Source of the DNA: Myxococcota bacterium
GTDB taxonomy: Bacteria; Myxococcota_A; UBA796; CAJQPC01
Reading direction: 5' to 3'
NCBI GenBank assembly: GCA_036012755.1
Contig: DASCPX010000059.1
Coordinates: 1-64,000 of the forward strand
DNA length: 64,000 nucleotides
The translations under genes were made by a program, and so were the position numbers. The stretch's first letter is position 1, and each line of letters starts with the position of its first letter. The notes under the pieces are model-generated. The model worked only from the letters and a program-made list of their open reading frames with translations. It was not told where the DNA came from and did not search any database. Positions 1 through 9,386 of the stretch are shown piece by piece.

Positions 1-128
1 TTCGCGCGCTGGCGCCGCGAACCATCAAGCGCCTCGAGGCCGACGTCGGGACTGTCCTCCGAGAGATCACAGCGAAGAACTGTGAGGCCTGGTTCAGGCA
101 CTGCGGCTATGTCCCTCAAGCATCATGA
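1..128 (+). mobile_element. 3' end of IS630-family transposase (truncated by window edge)
   Basis: The frame starting at nt 3 reads RALAPRTIKRLEADVGTVLREITAKNCEAWFRHCGYVPQAS*, matching the typical IS630 C-terminal '...C.xWFRHCGY' tail. Not in the ORF track. Confidence 0.75.
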
Positions 129-246
129 TCGGCGCGATAAGAGCGCTGCGCACCAGGTCTGCAGGCATCCGCGGATGTACATCCGTGCGGCGTTCTTGAG
201 TGTTTGGCATTCACTGAGCTGAGTCTTCAGCCATGGAATCGATGCG

Positions 247-1359
247 CTACTGGTTGCCAATAATGAGCACAGTGCCGCCGATGTTCGTGACACCGATGGC
301 ATCGCGAAGCGCCTCAGCGTCGGCGGTGGGCAAGCTGGTGTTGTCCTTCACGACGAAGTCTTCGTCGACAGACGTAACGCCGTGTAGAGCGGAGACGTCG
401 GTGAGCACGACGTTGTCTTCGATGTGGAGATCCTCGCCAATGGTAAGCAGGTTCTCCAGACCGTTGAAGCTCGTTAGCGCGGAGCCCTGCACTCCGACCG
501 ACCCCCCCACGGAAGTCAGGCTACTCAAGCCAGTGAGATCCACCAAGGCCACGTTGTCACCCACCCCGAGCCCACCAGTGGAGGTCAGGCTACTCAGGCC
601 CATGAAGGACAACATGGCGTCGTTGCCAGTCACCGCAAGCGAGCCATCAATGGAAGTCAGGGCACTCAAGCCATTGAAGTTCACGAACGAGTCGCTGTTG
701 ACAACGGATACACCACCGCTAACAGAGGTGAGGCTGTCCAGTCCGGTAAAGTCAACGAGCACCGGGGCGGTGTCCACATCCAATTCCCCGCCCGATGATG
801 ACCCACTACCAATAGAAGATAGGCAACCAAGACCGGTGAAATCGGTCAACGAGTATGCGTGACTAATCTCGATGCTTCCCCCCACGGTGGTGAGATTGTC
901 GAGACCCGTGAAATTGATGAGGTCTGAGACCTCCGCCAACCGCATCTCTCCGGTGACCTCACAGATGCACTCGGCACCCGAAAAGTCCGTGGCGTGCTCG
1001 TCTACCGAAAGCCCGCCGTCGATGATGTAGGGCGTCGATGAGGCACAGATCCCCGCATCGTCAGGCCAGTGGGCGCTCAGTGGGTAGACCACGGCGCTAG
1101 AACAGTCGATCGTAGATGCAGCGCAGGCGGTGGGGCCGCCGGTATCGGTGTCCGTGTCCGTGTCCGTGTCGGTGTCCGTGTCCGTGTCCGTGTCCGTGTC
1201 GGTGTCCGTGTCCGTGTCGGTGTCCGTGTCGGTGTCGGCCTCTCCATGGCTACAACAACAGCAATCATGTCCGGTATCGTGGCTGTAGTAGTTGTTGGTG
1301 ATGGTGTCACATCCAATCAACTGCACACCCATGACGAATACAAGAGTCGATCGAGTCAT
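247..1359 (-). CDS. Lipoprotein with (DT)16 linker and receptor L-domain-like leucine-rich repeats
   Basis: Lipobox LIGC; repeated 'LxxFxGLxxLTSVGGxLxV' units; visibly less GC-rich than the core genes. Confidence 0.8.
   Translation of the reverse strand: MTRSTLVFVMGVQLIGCDTITNNYYSHDTGHDCCCCSHGEADTDTDTDTDTDTDTDTDTDTDTDTDTDTDTDTGGPTACAASTIDCSSAVVYPLSAHWPDDAGICASSTPYIIDGGLSVDEHATDFSGAECICEVTGEMRLAEVSDLINFTGLDNLTTVGGSIEISHAYSLTDFTGLGCLSSIGSGSSSGGELDVDTAPVLVDFTGLDSLTSVSGGVSVVNSDSFVNFNGLSALTSIDGSLAVTGNDAMLSFMGLSSLTSTGGLGVGDNVALVDLTGLSSLTSVGGSVGVQGSALTSFNGLENLLTIGEDLHIEDNVVLTDVSALHGVTSVDEDFVVKDNTSLPTADAEALRDAIGVTNIGGTVLIIGNQ
1141..1236 (-). repeat. Hexanucleotide tandem repeat, 16 x GAYACS, encoding (Asp-Thr)16
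   Basis: Directly visible (G/C)GTGTC array on the + strand. Confidence 0.95.
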
Positions 1360-1437
1360 TGTCTACCTCTCAGGAATCAATTTCAGGTCTCTAAAAAAGG
1401 CAGCGCGACTATAACATCAGGCAGAAGTCGCTGCGGT

Positions 1438-2545
1438 GGGGATAGGAAGGACTAACAGCCCGTGAGCCGTACAAGCGGGTCCCGCGTGTACAGGCAGCCC
1501 GCCCTCAGTGACCGTACGAGTTCGAGGGCCGCGTAGGGCGTAGCGTTTCTGGTCGTCGTGGCCGCCGTTGGCAGCGCCGAGCGGTTCGTCGCGCAACTCC
1601 CCCGCCCGCTACGTCGGCGGCTCCCTCCGGGCTCGGTGATGGTCCGTGGTGCTGCTCCTCAGGCAACCACGGCGAGTGGCTCGCGCGCGCTCTCACCCTC
1701 CTCGCCCGGAGGCGCGCGGGCCACCGTCTGCTCCAGGCCCTTCACGACGCGCATCGTGGCAGGCGCCATGACGACGGTCCTGACCCGCATGGGCTTGTCA
1801 CAGTGCGGACAGGAGATCTTGTCTTCGTGGAAAATACGCCAGAGAAGTGCCGCCCAGGCCAGCCAGGGTGGCGCTGGACCGATGGATGGCTCCTTGGTGA
1901 GCCTGATGCGGAGGTGGGCCGGCGTGGAGTCCGCTGGCGGCTCGGGTACGATCTCGCTGCGCCAGGCATGACGTGACGCGAAGACGCCATGGAAGAGACT
2001 CTCGTTCTTCCTCGGGGGCGGGATGAGGGCGATGATGCGCTGCAGCAGCTCGCTGCGGGTGAGGTGGATGGCCGACGTCCCATCGGACCAAGGGGTCTTC
2101 AACCGGAGCAGGATGGAGCCATCGGGCTGTTCCTCCAGGCGCTCTCGGCCCAGCGGAAGCCCCGAGCACGCTCGGCTGGCAGCCCCAACCGCTCGGCGGC
2201 TTGGTACCGGCACCAGGCAAAGATGACATCCAGGGCTTGGCTCAGCACGCCTCGCAGGAGGTCGTTGCGCCTGGCTAGGACCAGGCGACGTGCCCAGGGC
2301 AGCGTGAGCACCCACTGGCGAACGGGGACCTTCGGGATCACCCTGTCTACGAGCCAGGCAGCGCGGGTCTTGCATGAGAATGGGACGAGTCGGTGATGGT
2401 CGCAGTTATCACAGACCAGCCAGGCGAAGCCCTCCCGCGGGTCACCACAACCGAGGAAGCGCTCGACCGTGCGCTCGACGTGGCGGGGGATGAAGCGGCC
2501 TGCATCTTCGGCGGCCTCGACCAGCGCGGGCAGTTCCTCCCGGGC
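1438..2545 (-). mobile_element. Internally deleted IS91/ISCR-family element (transposase pseudogene plus oriIS-like end)
   Basis: One frame gives the Zn-binding region 'ERFLGCGDPREGFAWLVCDNCDHHRLVPFSCK' and 'VPVRQWVLTLP'. Another gives the C-terminal 'RLKTPWSDGT...LIPPPR...FHGVFA'. The GFCPSC motif and the central HUH region are missing. Minus-strand end 'GTCCTTCCTATCCCC' resembles the ISCR oriIS 'CTTCCTATACCC'. Confidence 0.85.
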
Positions 2546-2730
2546 TCGCAGTCGCTGAGGTAGTCCGCGCCGTCTCCGTCGAGGTCCACGAGGTCCGCGC
2601 CGTCGCAGTCCTGGTCCCGCCCGTCGTAGGGGACCTCTTCGACAGGCGCGCACTCCGCGTCGTCGAGGTCGCCGTCATCGACGGTCTCTACCTCTGGGTG
2701 CCGGCAGGCCAGCAAGAGCACCCAGGTCAC
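2546..2730 (-). pseudogene. 5' fragment of lipoprotein with a MopE-like putative metal-binding motif, truncated at the IS91 remnant
   Basis: GTG start, VTWVLLLAC lipobox, 'EVPYDGRDQDCDGADLVDLDGDG' motif; the sequence switches to transposase at ~2545. Confidence 0.65.
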
Positions 2731-2892
2731 GGTGACACCAGCGCGGTGTTCCACCAGTAGTCGGCCCCGGTGTCGGCGATCTTCAGCGGATGGTCGGTGG
2801 TCTGCACCCCAGGGCTCCCCGAAGGAGGCAACGGTACCCCCTTTACTTCGGCGGATCCTCTACTTTCGGGGCTCTCGGCCCGTCGATCGGTC

Positions 2893-2944
2893 TTGCGCCA
2901 CTTGAACTGGCGCAATCAGCGATCGCGCCACTTGAGCTGGCGAA
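2893..2944. promoter_or_regulatory. Two tandem palindromic sites GCGCCACTTGARCTGGCG with 30-bp period
   Basis: Copies at 2895-2912 and 2925-2942; the first is TTGCGCCA-N7-TGGCGCAA. Function is inferred only. Confidence 0.45.
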
Positions 2945-2968
2945 TGACTCCTCACCGATCGCGACAGC

Positions 2969-4516
2969 TCACTTCGGAGGAGGCACGAACCTCAGCGGCT
3001 CCCGGGCCCAGCTCGCGGCCTCTGCTTCGGTCAGGTGCCCGCCGTTGGCCATGTTCTCCAGGATCCAGTCGATGCGCACGTGCGAGGCGCGGTCCGCCAG
3101 GTACCACTGGGTGTACATGCCCCGCGGGTCGGGCAACAGCGCCGCGAGGAAGGCCGCCTCGTTGGGGGGCAGGACCTCTGGCTGGCGCAGGAAGTAGCGG
3201 TCGGAGGCCGCCTCGACGCCCCACATCTCCGGTCCCCACTCCACCACGTTCACGTAGAGCTCGAGCACCCGGCGCTTGCCCAGGGCGCGGTCGAGCTCCA
3301 CCGCGATCACCATCTCCCGGAGCTTGCGCTCCATGGTCCGCTCGCCGTCGAGGAAGAGGTTCTTGGCCAGCTGCTGGGTGAGGGTGCTGCCCCCGCGCAC
3401 CACCTCGCCAGCTTCGATGTTCGCCTGCAGGGCCTCGTCGATCGAGGCCTGCGAGTAGCCGGTGTGGTCGTAGTAGGCGCTGTCCTCCGCGGCGATGATC
3501 GCTGCGAGCAGGTGGTCGCTGACCCGGTGGATCGGGGTCCAGCCCTCGCTGCCTTCGCCGCACTCTCGGGGCACGATGTTGCCCTCCGGGTCGCGCACCG
3601 CGTAGGTGAAGGGGCCGCCCCGCAGGGTGCCCAGGTTCTTCACGGCGCCGCTGACACCCAGGCGGTGGATTTGCTGCTCCAGCGTCCAGCTGCCGTCGGC
3701 CAGCGAGTAGCTCGCCTCGAAGCTGATCTCTCCCTCGACGTGGGCCCAGCGGAGCTCCGGCACGATGTCCGCGAACACCGCGAAGACCGGACCGGCGTCT
3801 GCGTTGTCGGCCTGCACGTGGAGCCCCCCGTCGAGCTCCACCCGGGTCTGCATCGGGAGCTCGCCCAGGCTCAGCACGCCGGCCAGGGCGTCGTCCTCGA
3901 TGGAGAACTCGCCCTTCAAGGGGGGCAGGGCCATCTGTTTCGTCGAGAGCAGCTCGTGCTGCACGACGAGGTCGTCGCTCTGGAGCCGCACGACCGGTGG
4001 GTCCGACAGCACCGCGATGACCTTCACGGTCCCGTTGACGTGCTCGTGCTCGACGGGCTGCTCCAGGGTGAGCCTGGCCCGCGCGCCCATCGGCGCTGGC
4101 ACCTGGAGCTCGGAGCCCTCGCCCCTGAGCTTGCCCTGGCCATGCTCGTTGAGGTGCCCCGACAGCGTCGCCAGCTCCCGCTCTCCCAGCCTCAGGACGA
4201 GCCCCTCGATGACGACCTCGACCGGAGGCAGGCCCGAGCTCTCTCCCTCCAGGCCGGAGCTGCCCCCTTTCAGCTCCAGCACGTCGACCTCGACGTTCCG
4301 GAGCGTCACGCGGCCCCACTCCAGCTCTACCTCCTCGGCCAGCGCTGGCCCGTACCGAACGCCGTAGAGGGTGCGGCTGCGGACGCCCCAGTCCGCATCG
4401 ACCCAGTCCACGCCTGCCTGCTCGGCCTCCTTCAGCGCGAAGAACCAGGCACCCTCGAGCGCGCCGAAGCACAGGACGACGAGCACCACCAGGGCAGCGA
4501 CGAGCTTGGACCTCAT
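2969..4516 (-). CDS. Monofunctional peptidoglycan transglycosylase (GT51, MtgA-like) with N-terminal extension
   Basis: N-terminal TM; motifs EDxxYYDHxG, GGSTLTQQLAKNLFL, RKLRE, LELYVNVVEWG; no transpeptidase domain. Confidence 0.88.
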   Translation of the reverse strand: MRSKLVAALVVLVVLCFGALEGAWFFALKEAEQAGVDWVDADWGVRSRTLYGVRYGPALAEEVELEWGRVTLRNVEVDVLELKGGSSGLEGESSGLPPVEVVIEGLVLRLGERELATLSGHLNEHGQGKLRGEGSELQVPAPMGARARLTLEQPVEHEHVNGTVKVIAVLSDPPVVRLQSDDLVVQHELLSTKQMALPPLKGEFSIEDDALAGVLSLGELPMQTRVELDGGLHVQADNADAGPVFAVFADIVPELRWAHVEGEISFEASYSLADGSWTLEQQIHRLGVSGAVKNLGTLRGGPFTYAVRDPEGNIVPRECGEGSEGWTPIHRVSDHLLAAIIAAEDSAYYDHTGYSQASIDEALQANIEAGEVVRGGSTLTQQLAKNLFLDGERTMERKLREMVIAVELDRALGKRRVLELYVNVVEWGPEMWGVEAASDRYFLRQPEVLPPNEAAFLAALLPDPRGMYTQWYLADRASHVRIDWILENMANGGHLTEAEAASWAREPLRFVPPPK

Positions 4517-5118
4517 TGGGGACGCACGACCAGGACCGGCACCGGGGCGGCGCGCGCGACGACCTCTGCCACGCTGCCGAGGACGAAGCGAGCCAGGCCG
4601 CGTCTGCCCCGCGCGCCGACGAGCACCAGGTCATGGGCCTCTGCGGCCTGGTTGATGGCCTCGCCCACCCCTTCGCCGATGCCGACCTCGAAGCGCACGC
4701 GCAGTCGCTCCTTCTCCTGGGGCAGCGCCTGCTCCTTCACCGCCGCGCGCATCTGCGCCAGGGTCTCGTCGGGTTCGCAGGTCTCGTTCACGTCGTGCAC
4801 GTGCAGGAAGGTCAGCATCGCGCCGGTCCCGACCCCCAGCGCGATGGCCTCTGCGACCACACCGACCCGGACAGAGGGGTCGAAGGGTACGAGCACGCTC
4901 TCCAGGCGGCGGAAAGGGGGGCCGCCGACGAGCACGGGGCAGCCGTGTTCGCGCAAGAGCGCTTCGTGCCCCCGAGCGACCGCGATCAGCTGGGGCTCGT
5001 GCTCGGCGAGTTCGCTCGAGTCGATGCGCTCGACGGAGCCCCGCACCAGCGCCGCGAGTGGAGCCTCGCAGACTCCCTCCGGATCGAGGTCGCTCAGCCA
5101 GGCCGCTTGGGCGTACAT
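4513..5118 (-). CDS. Universal stress protein
   Basis: 'DLVLVGARGRRGLARFVLGSVAEVVARAAPVPVLVVR'; start placed at ATG 5118 (uncertain). Confidence 0.85.
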   Translation of the reverse strand: MYAQAAWLSDLDPEGVCEAPLAALVRGSVERIDSSELAEHEPQLIAVARGHEALLREHGCPVLVGGPPFRRLESVLVPFDPSVRVGVVAEAIALGVGTGAMLTFLHVHDVNETCEPDETLAQMRAAVKEQALPQEKERLRVRFEVGIGEGVGEAINQAAEAHDLVLVGARGRRGLARFVLGSVAEVVARAAPVPVLVVRPQ

Positions 5119-5150
5119 GTCGCGGAGCATACCGCTCGGTACGATGCACA

Positions 5151-6407
5151 ATGCCCTTCGTCGAGTCAGAGGTCGCCCGCCTGCGCAAGGTGGTCGTCCA
5201 GCGCCCGGGCCCCGCCCACGCCGCCATGCGGCCCGCCCACCTCGACGAGGGCACAGAGGACTACCTGCTCTTCGACGACCTCGTGCACGTGCCGGACGCG
5301 CAGGTGGAGCACGACCAGCTCGTGCGCGTGCTGCAGACAGCGGCAGAGGTGCGCTATGTCGATGACCTGCTGCTCGAGGCCCTGGGCGAGGAGTCAGCCC
5401 GCGCCTGGGTGATCGAGCAGGTCGGCCGGATCGAGGGCTTGGCCCCGAGCACGCGGGCGTCCCTCCTGTCGATGGAGCCGCCAGAGCTCGTCCTGGCGCT
5501 GACGACCGGAAGGGTCGTGGGTCGAGAGGTCATGAACCCGCTGCCCAACCTGCTGTTTGCCCGCGACCTCGCCGCGGTGGTCGGCTCGCTGGTCGTGGTC
5601 GGCAACGCCAGCAAGCGGGCACGGCGCCGCGAGTCGATCCTGACCTGGGCCGTCGTGCAGAACCACGCATGGTTCGAGGGCGCGCGGATCTCCCACCAGT
5701 CGACGCAGCTGCGGGACTCCGGCGGCTCCTTCCCCCTGACGTTGGAGGGTGGCGACGTGCTGGTCGTGAGCGGCAGCCTCGCGGTCATCGGCGCCAGCGA
5801 GCGCACCACCTGGTCCATGGTCGCGACCCTTGGCCACGAGCTCATCCGCGAAGGCTTCACGCGGATCCTCGTCGCGGAGATGCCCAAGCAGCGCAGCTCG
5901 ATGCACCTGGACACGGTCTTCACCCTCGTGGACTGGGACACGGTCGTGGTCTACGGGCCGATCCTGGAGCCGGGCGGACCAGAGGAGTGCACCGTCGTGC
6001 GCCTTCGCAAGAGCGGCGATGAGCTGGTGGTGGATCCCCTCCGTGGGAACCTGCTCGATGCCCTCGCGCTCGAGGGCTACCCGATGCACGCTGTCCGTTG
6101 CGGGGACGGCGATCCGCTCTTCGAGCGCCGTGAGCAGTGGACGGACGGGGCCAACTTCGTCGCGCTCGCTCCTGGAGTGGTCGTGGGCTACGCGCGCAAC
6201 GTCCACACCGGCCGGGCGCTCGCAGAGGTCGGCTTTCGGGTCGTCGACAGCGAGACCTACCTCCGCGAGCTGGCAGAGGACTTCGGCGGGGACTTCGACG
6301 CGCTCTGCAAGAGCGGCCGGCGCTATGCCGTCGGCATCACCGGGAGCGAGCTCGTCCGCGGGCGGGGTGGCCCGCGCTGTCTCACCTTCCCCGTCGAGCG
6401 AGGCTAG
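5151..6407 (+). CDS. arcA: Arginine deiminase
   Basis: 'VESEVARLRKVVVQRPG', 'NLLFARD', 'LEGGD', 'MHLDTVF', 'EQWTDGAN', 'GSELVRGRGGPRC'. Confidence 0.9.
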   Translation: MPFVESEVARLRKVVVQRPGPAHAAMRPAHLDEGTEDYLLFDDLVHVPDAQVEHDQLVRVLQTAAEVRYVDDLLLEALGEESARAWVIEQVGRIEGLAPSTRASLLSMEPPELVLALTTGRVVGREVMNPLPNLLFARDLAAVVGSLVVVGNASKRARRRESILTWAVVQNHAWFEGARISHQSTQLRDSGGSFPLTLEGGDVLVVSGSLAVIGASERTTWSMVATLGHELIREGFTRILVAEMPKQRSSMHLDTVFTLVDWDTVVVYGPILEPGGPEECTVVRLRKSGDELVVDPLRGNLLDALALEGYPMHAVRCGDGDPLFERREQWTDGANFVALAPGVVVGYARNVHTGRALAEVGFRVVDSETYLRELAEDFGGDFDALCKSGRRYAVGITGSELVRGRGGPRCLTFPVERG

Positions 6408-6913
6408 CGATCCGGCTGGCCGCAGGCGTTGCGGATCTGCTGGTCGATCTCGAAGAGCTCCGCCTCGAGCACGCCGATCTGTTCGTAGGCGTTTTCGTAG
6501 CTGGCCTCCGCGCCGACGATGGCCTCTTGCAGCGCCATCACGCGCTTGCCGTCGATCGCGCACTCCTGGTCCCCGACGCACGCGCTCATCGCGGTGCGCG
6601 CCCGGCTGATGCGCGACTCGGCGCTGGCGAGCACGCCCCCGCGCTGCTGGTCGATGCGCTCCTCCTGCCGCTGGCGCTGGGCCTTTGCCGCCCGGCACTC
6701 CTTGGGGCTCTTCGCCGTGGTGGTGGCTGTCTCTGGCGCCGACTCCTCCCGGCGAGCTGCCTCGGGGATCTCGGGCCGCTCGGCCTCCGGGGCGACGTTC
6801 GGGGTCTCTCCTGACTGGATGCTCCGAAGGGCGGTGCTCATCGTGCTGGTCGGCGCCTGGTCCGTGACCACCGGGTCCGAGGTGCCGCAGGCGAGGAAGA
6901 GGATCAGGGCCAC
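6404..6913 (-). CDS. Hypothetical coiled-coil lipoprotein
   Basis: GTG start MALILFLAC; helical C-terminal half with Cys pairs. Confidence 0.65.
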   Translation of the reverse strand: MALILFLACGTSDPVVTDQAPTSTMSTALRSIQSGETPNVAPEAERPEIPEAARREESAPETATTTAKSPKECRAAKAQRQRQEERIDQQRGGVLASAESRISRARTAMSACVGDQECAIDGKRVMALQEAIVGAEASYENAYEQIGVLEAELFEIDQQIRNACGQPDR

Positions 6914-6987
6914 CGTCGAAGCATAAGCGAGACACCCGGCGACACACGGTGACGAATGCACGCCAGGGTGACTGATAGGGTTCGCTC

Positions 6988-7638
6988 TTGGCGCAGAATC
7001 CCGCGATCGTCCTGGGCTCTCGGGCCGTCGTAGTTGGCGCGGACCGCCAGTGCGACGTGATCCTGCGCCACCCGGGCGTCGCCGGCCACCACGCCTGCCT
7101 GTGGGCGATCGGCTCGACGGTTCACGTCGCGGACCTTGGCAGTGGCTGCCAGATGCGCCTGCAAGGGACGGTCGTAGAGGGGCGCCGAGAGGCCCCCAGC
7201 GGCGCGATCCTCCAGATCGGCGAGGCCCCGCCGATGCGCCTGGTCGCCGCGTCGAGTCCGCTGCCGACACCCTTCCGGCTCGACATCGGAGACCACCCGA
7301 CCCTGTGGGTGCGCATAGAGGATGTCGCCGCCGAGCGACATCACATGCTCCGCGGAGGGCGCAAGACCGAGCTCGCCTACCTGCTCGCCCAGCGCCTCAT
7401 CGAGGACCGGCGAAGGGCTCTGAACGCCGACGAGGCAGGTTGGATCAGCGATCGCGAGCTCGCCGCGGAGCTGTGGGGCGCCGGACGGGCCGCGGAGAAC
7501 TCGCTGAACGTGGCCATCTTCCGCCTTCGAACGCACCTGTCCAAGCAGCGCCTGCCCCGCCAGCTGGTGGAGAAGAGCGATCGGGCGACGCGCCTGTCAC
7601 CGCGGCTGGCCTCTGTCCACGCGGCGCTCTTGCGCTGA
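6988..7638 (+). CDS. FHA-domain protein with C-terminal winged-helix DNA-binding domain
   Basis: 'CDVILRHPGVAGHHA...VADLGS' (degenerate FHA); 'ELWG...NSLNVAIFRLRTHL' (OmpR-type wHTH). Confidence 0.7.
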   Translation: MAQNPAIVLGSRAVVVGADRQCDVILRHPGVAGHHACLWAIGSTVHVADLGSGCQMRLQGTVVEGRREAPSGAILQIGEAPPMRLVAASSPLPTPFRLDIGDHPTLWVRIEDVAAERHHMLRGGRKTELAYLLAQRLIEDRRRALNADEAGWISDRELAAELWGAGRAAENSLNVAIFRLRTHLSKQRLPRQLVEKSDRATRLSPRLASVHAALLR

Positions 7639-7639
7639 G

Positions 7640-8428
7640 CTACAGGACCGACGCCACCACGGTCATCATCGCGGTCTGGTCGAGCTTGCGGAAGCTCTCT
7701 ACGGGCACGTTGTCCCATGTGAGCTGGTGGCTCACCTTCAGCGCCAGGTGGTCCGACAGCGCCACGTTCAGCGAGGCCGTGTTGAGCACGCGGGCGTCTT
7801 CGAAGTCTCGCAGGTTCTCGTAGACCTCGAGGTTGTTGGCGACCCCGAGGTTCTCGTTCAGCGCGTGGGTGAAGCCCAGCATGGCCCTCCCGGCGATGAC
7901 GTTGGCCGAGTTGGGCTCGACGCCGTCGACGTAGTCCTCTTGCGCGTAGTCGATGCCGAGCTCCGCCACGAGCTCCGTGGCCTCTGAGTCGAGCAGCAGC
8001 CTGCTGTAGCCGAGCTGCTCGTGGGTGCGGAGGTCGTAGCCGGAGAAGGGGTCGTGCAGCGCGCCGCCGAGGGCGTAGAGGCTGTTCTTGCGCGCCCCGA
8101 GGTAGCGGTCGTAGCGGAGGTCGCCGTAGACCTTTCGGGCGTTGTCCGCCCGCCCGGCGGCGATCTCGAGCGCGGAGAGCGTGCCGTCCTCGTCAGCGTC
8201 GAGCACCGCTCGGCCCCAGAGGGTGCCGGCGACGATGCCGACCTTGTTGGACTCGAAGCGGTGACTCCCGGCGAGCGTGCTCTGCACGGTCCAGAAGTCG
8301 GTGTTCCCGGTCGTCAGCGATGCTCCCAGCTCACCGGAGAGGTGGCTCTCCGAGGCCTCGGTCGTGTCGAGCTCCTTGTCTGTCTCCGAGAAGTCCTGGG
8401 CGAGCGCGGTGGCGACGAGCAGCAGCAT
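7640..8428 (-). CDS. DUF481-like outer-membrane beta-barrel protein
   Basis: Short signal peptide, 'TTGNT' motif, alternating beta-strand pattern. Confidence 0.75.
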   Translation of the reverse strand: MLLLVATALAQDFSETDKELDTTEASESHLSGELGASLTTGNTDFWTVQSTLAGSHRFESNKVGIVAGTLWGRAVLDADEDGTLSALEIAAGRADNARKVYGDLRYDRYLGARKNSLYALGGALHDPFSGYDLRTHEQLGYSRLLLDSEATELVAELGIDYAQEDYVDGVEPNSANVIAGRAMLGFTHALNENLGVANNLEVYENLRDFEDARVLNTASLNVALSDHLALKVSHQLTWDNVPVESFRKLDQTAMMTVVASVL

Positions 8429-8507
8429 GGTTTCTCCAGGCTGCCCACATAGGACCCCCAGGGCCTGGTCGCACGGTAGAGGTCGAACCCGTACATGACC
8501 CTGATGG

Positions 8508-9386
8508 TCAAGTCGTATCGGCTCGCCCTCTCCAGTCGCGCATCAGCCCCTCTTGCACCACCGTGGCCACCAGCGCCCCCTCGCGGGTGTAGAGGTGGCC
8601 GGAGACCAGCCCCTTCGCCGAGCAGGCTGTCGGGCTGTGAACGTCGTAGAGCAGCCACTCGTCCAGCCGGAAGGGCCGGTGGAACCACATGGCGTGGTCC
8701 AGGCTCGCGAGCTGGATGCCCGGGGTCGCCCAGCTCACACCGTGGGGGAAGAGCGCTGTCGTCAGGAAGTGGCTGTCGCTCGCGTAGGCGAGCAGGTGGC
8801 GATGAACCGCCGGGTCGTCAGGCAGGGGACCGTTGGACTTGAACCAGACCTGTGAATCCGGCGGACGCTCATCGGGACACAGGGGGTTCCAGGGGCGCAC
8901 CGGGCGGACCTCGATCGGGCGCTCGCCGACCACTTTCTCGCGCAACGGCGGCGGGATCTCGTGGGCCACCAACCGGGCGAGGTCGCGCTGGCACATGAGC
9001 TCCTCCGGTGGCGTCACGCCGCTGGGCGCGGCCCTCGCGTGGTCGAGGCCAGCCTCCTCGACCTGGAAGCTCGCCGAGAGGTTGAAGATCGCCTTGCCGT
9101 TCTGGACCGCCACGACCCTTCGTGTGCTGAAGCTGCGACCGTCCCGGATCGGGTCGACCGTGTAGACGACCGGCGTGTCCGCCATGCCGTGGCGCAGGAA
9201 GTAGCCGTGCATCGAGTGCCCACACCGCCCCTCCTCGACGGTCTGCGCCGCGGCGGAGAGGGCCTGGCCGAGCACCTGGCCACCATAGAGCCTCCCCCAG
9301 CCGAGGTCCTGGCTCTGACCGCGGAAGAGGTTGACCTCGATGCGCTCGAGGTGAAGGAGCTCCAGCAGCTCCGCGAGCACCGTCAC
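8508..9386 (-). CDS. tesB: Acyl-CoA thioesterase II
   Basis: 'LYGGQVLGQAL', 'RDGRSFSTRRV', 'LLAYASD', 'ASLDHAMWFHRP', 'QEGLMR'; GTG start overlaps the upstream TGA. Confidence 0.93.
   Translation of the reverse strand: MTVLAELLELLHLERIEVNLFRGQSQDLGWGRLYGGQVLGQALSAAAQTVEEGRCGHSMHGYFLRHGMADTPVVYTVDPIRDGRSFSTRRVVAVQNGKAIFNLSASFQVEEAGLDHARAAPSGVTPPEELMCQRDLARLVAHEIPPPLREKVVGERPIEVRPVRPWNPLCPDERPPDSQVWFKSNGPLPDDPAVHRHLLAYASDSHFLTTALFPHGVSWATPGIQLASLDHAMWFHRPFRLDEWLLYDVHSPTACSAKGLVSGHLYTREGALVATVVQEGLMRDWRGRADTT

Noticed and set aside
166..185. Overlapping palindromes CATCCGCGGATG and CGGATGTACATCCG
   Set aside because: No U-tract, no second copy and no attC-like ends; no function can be assigned.
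1141..1236. Repeat array considered as CRISPR
   Set aside because: 6-bp coding microsatellite with no spacers; no cas genes in the window.
2800..2840. CCCCAGGGCTCCCCGAAGGAGGCAACGGTA resembles the SRP RNA domain IV motif
   Set aside because: No canonical GNRA-closed stem and no long flanking helix that I could pair; part of the region looks like a coding remnant. An Infernal search with the bacterial SRP models would settle it.
2914..2930. Sigma54-like TGGCGCG-N4-CTGA on the minus strand
   Set aside because: The conserved -12 GC is absent and the downstream gene is only a fragment.
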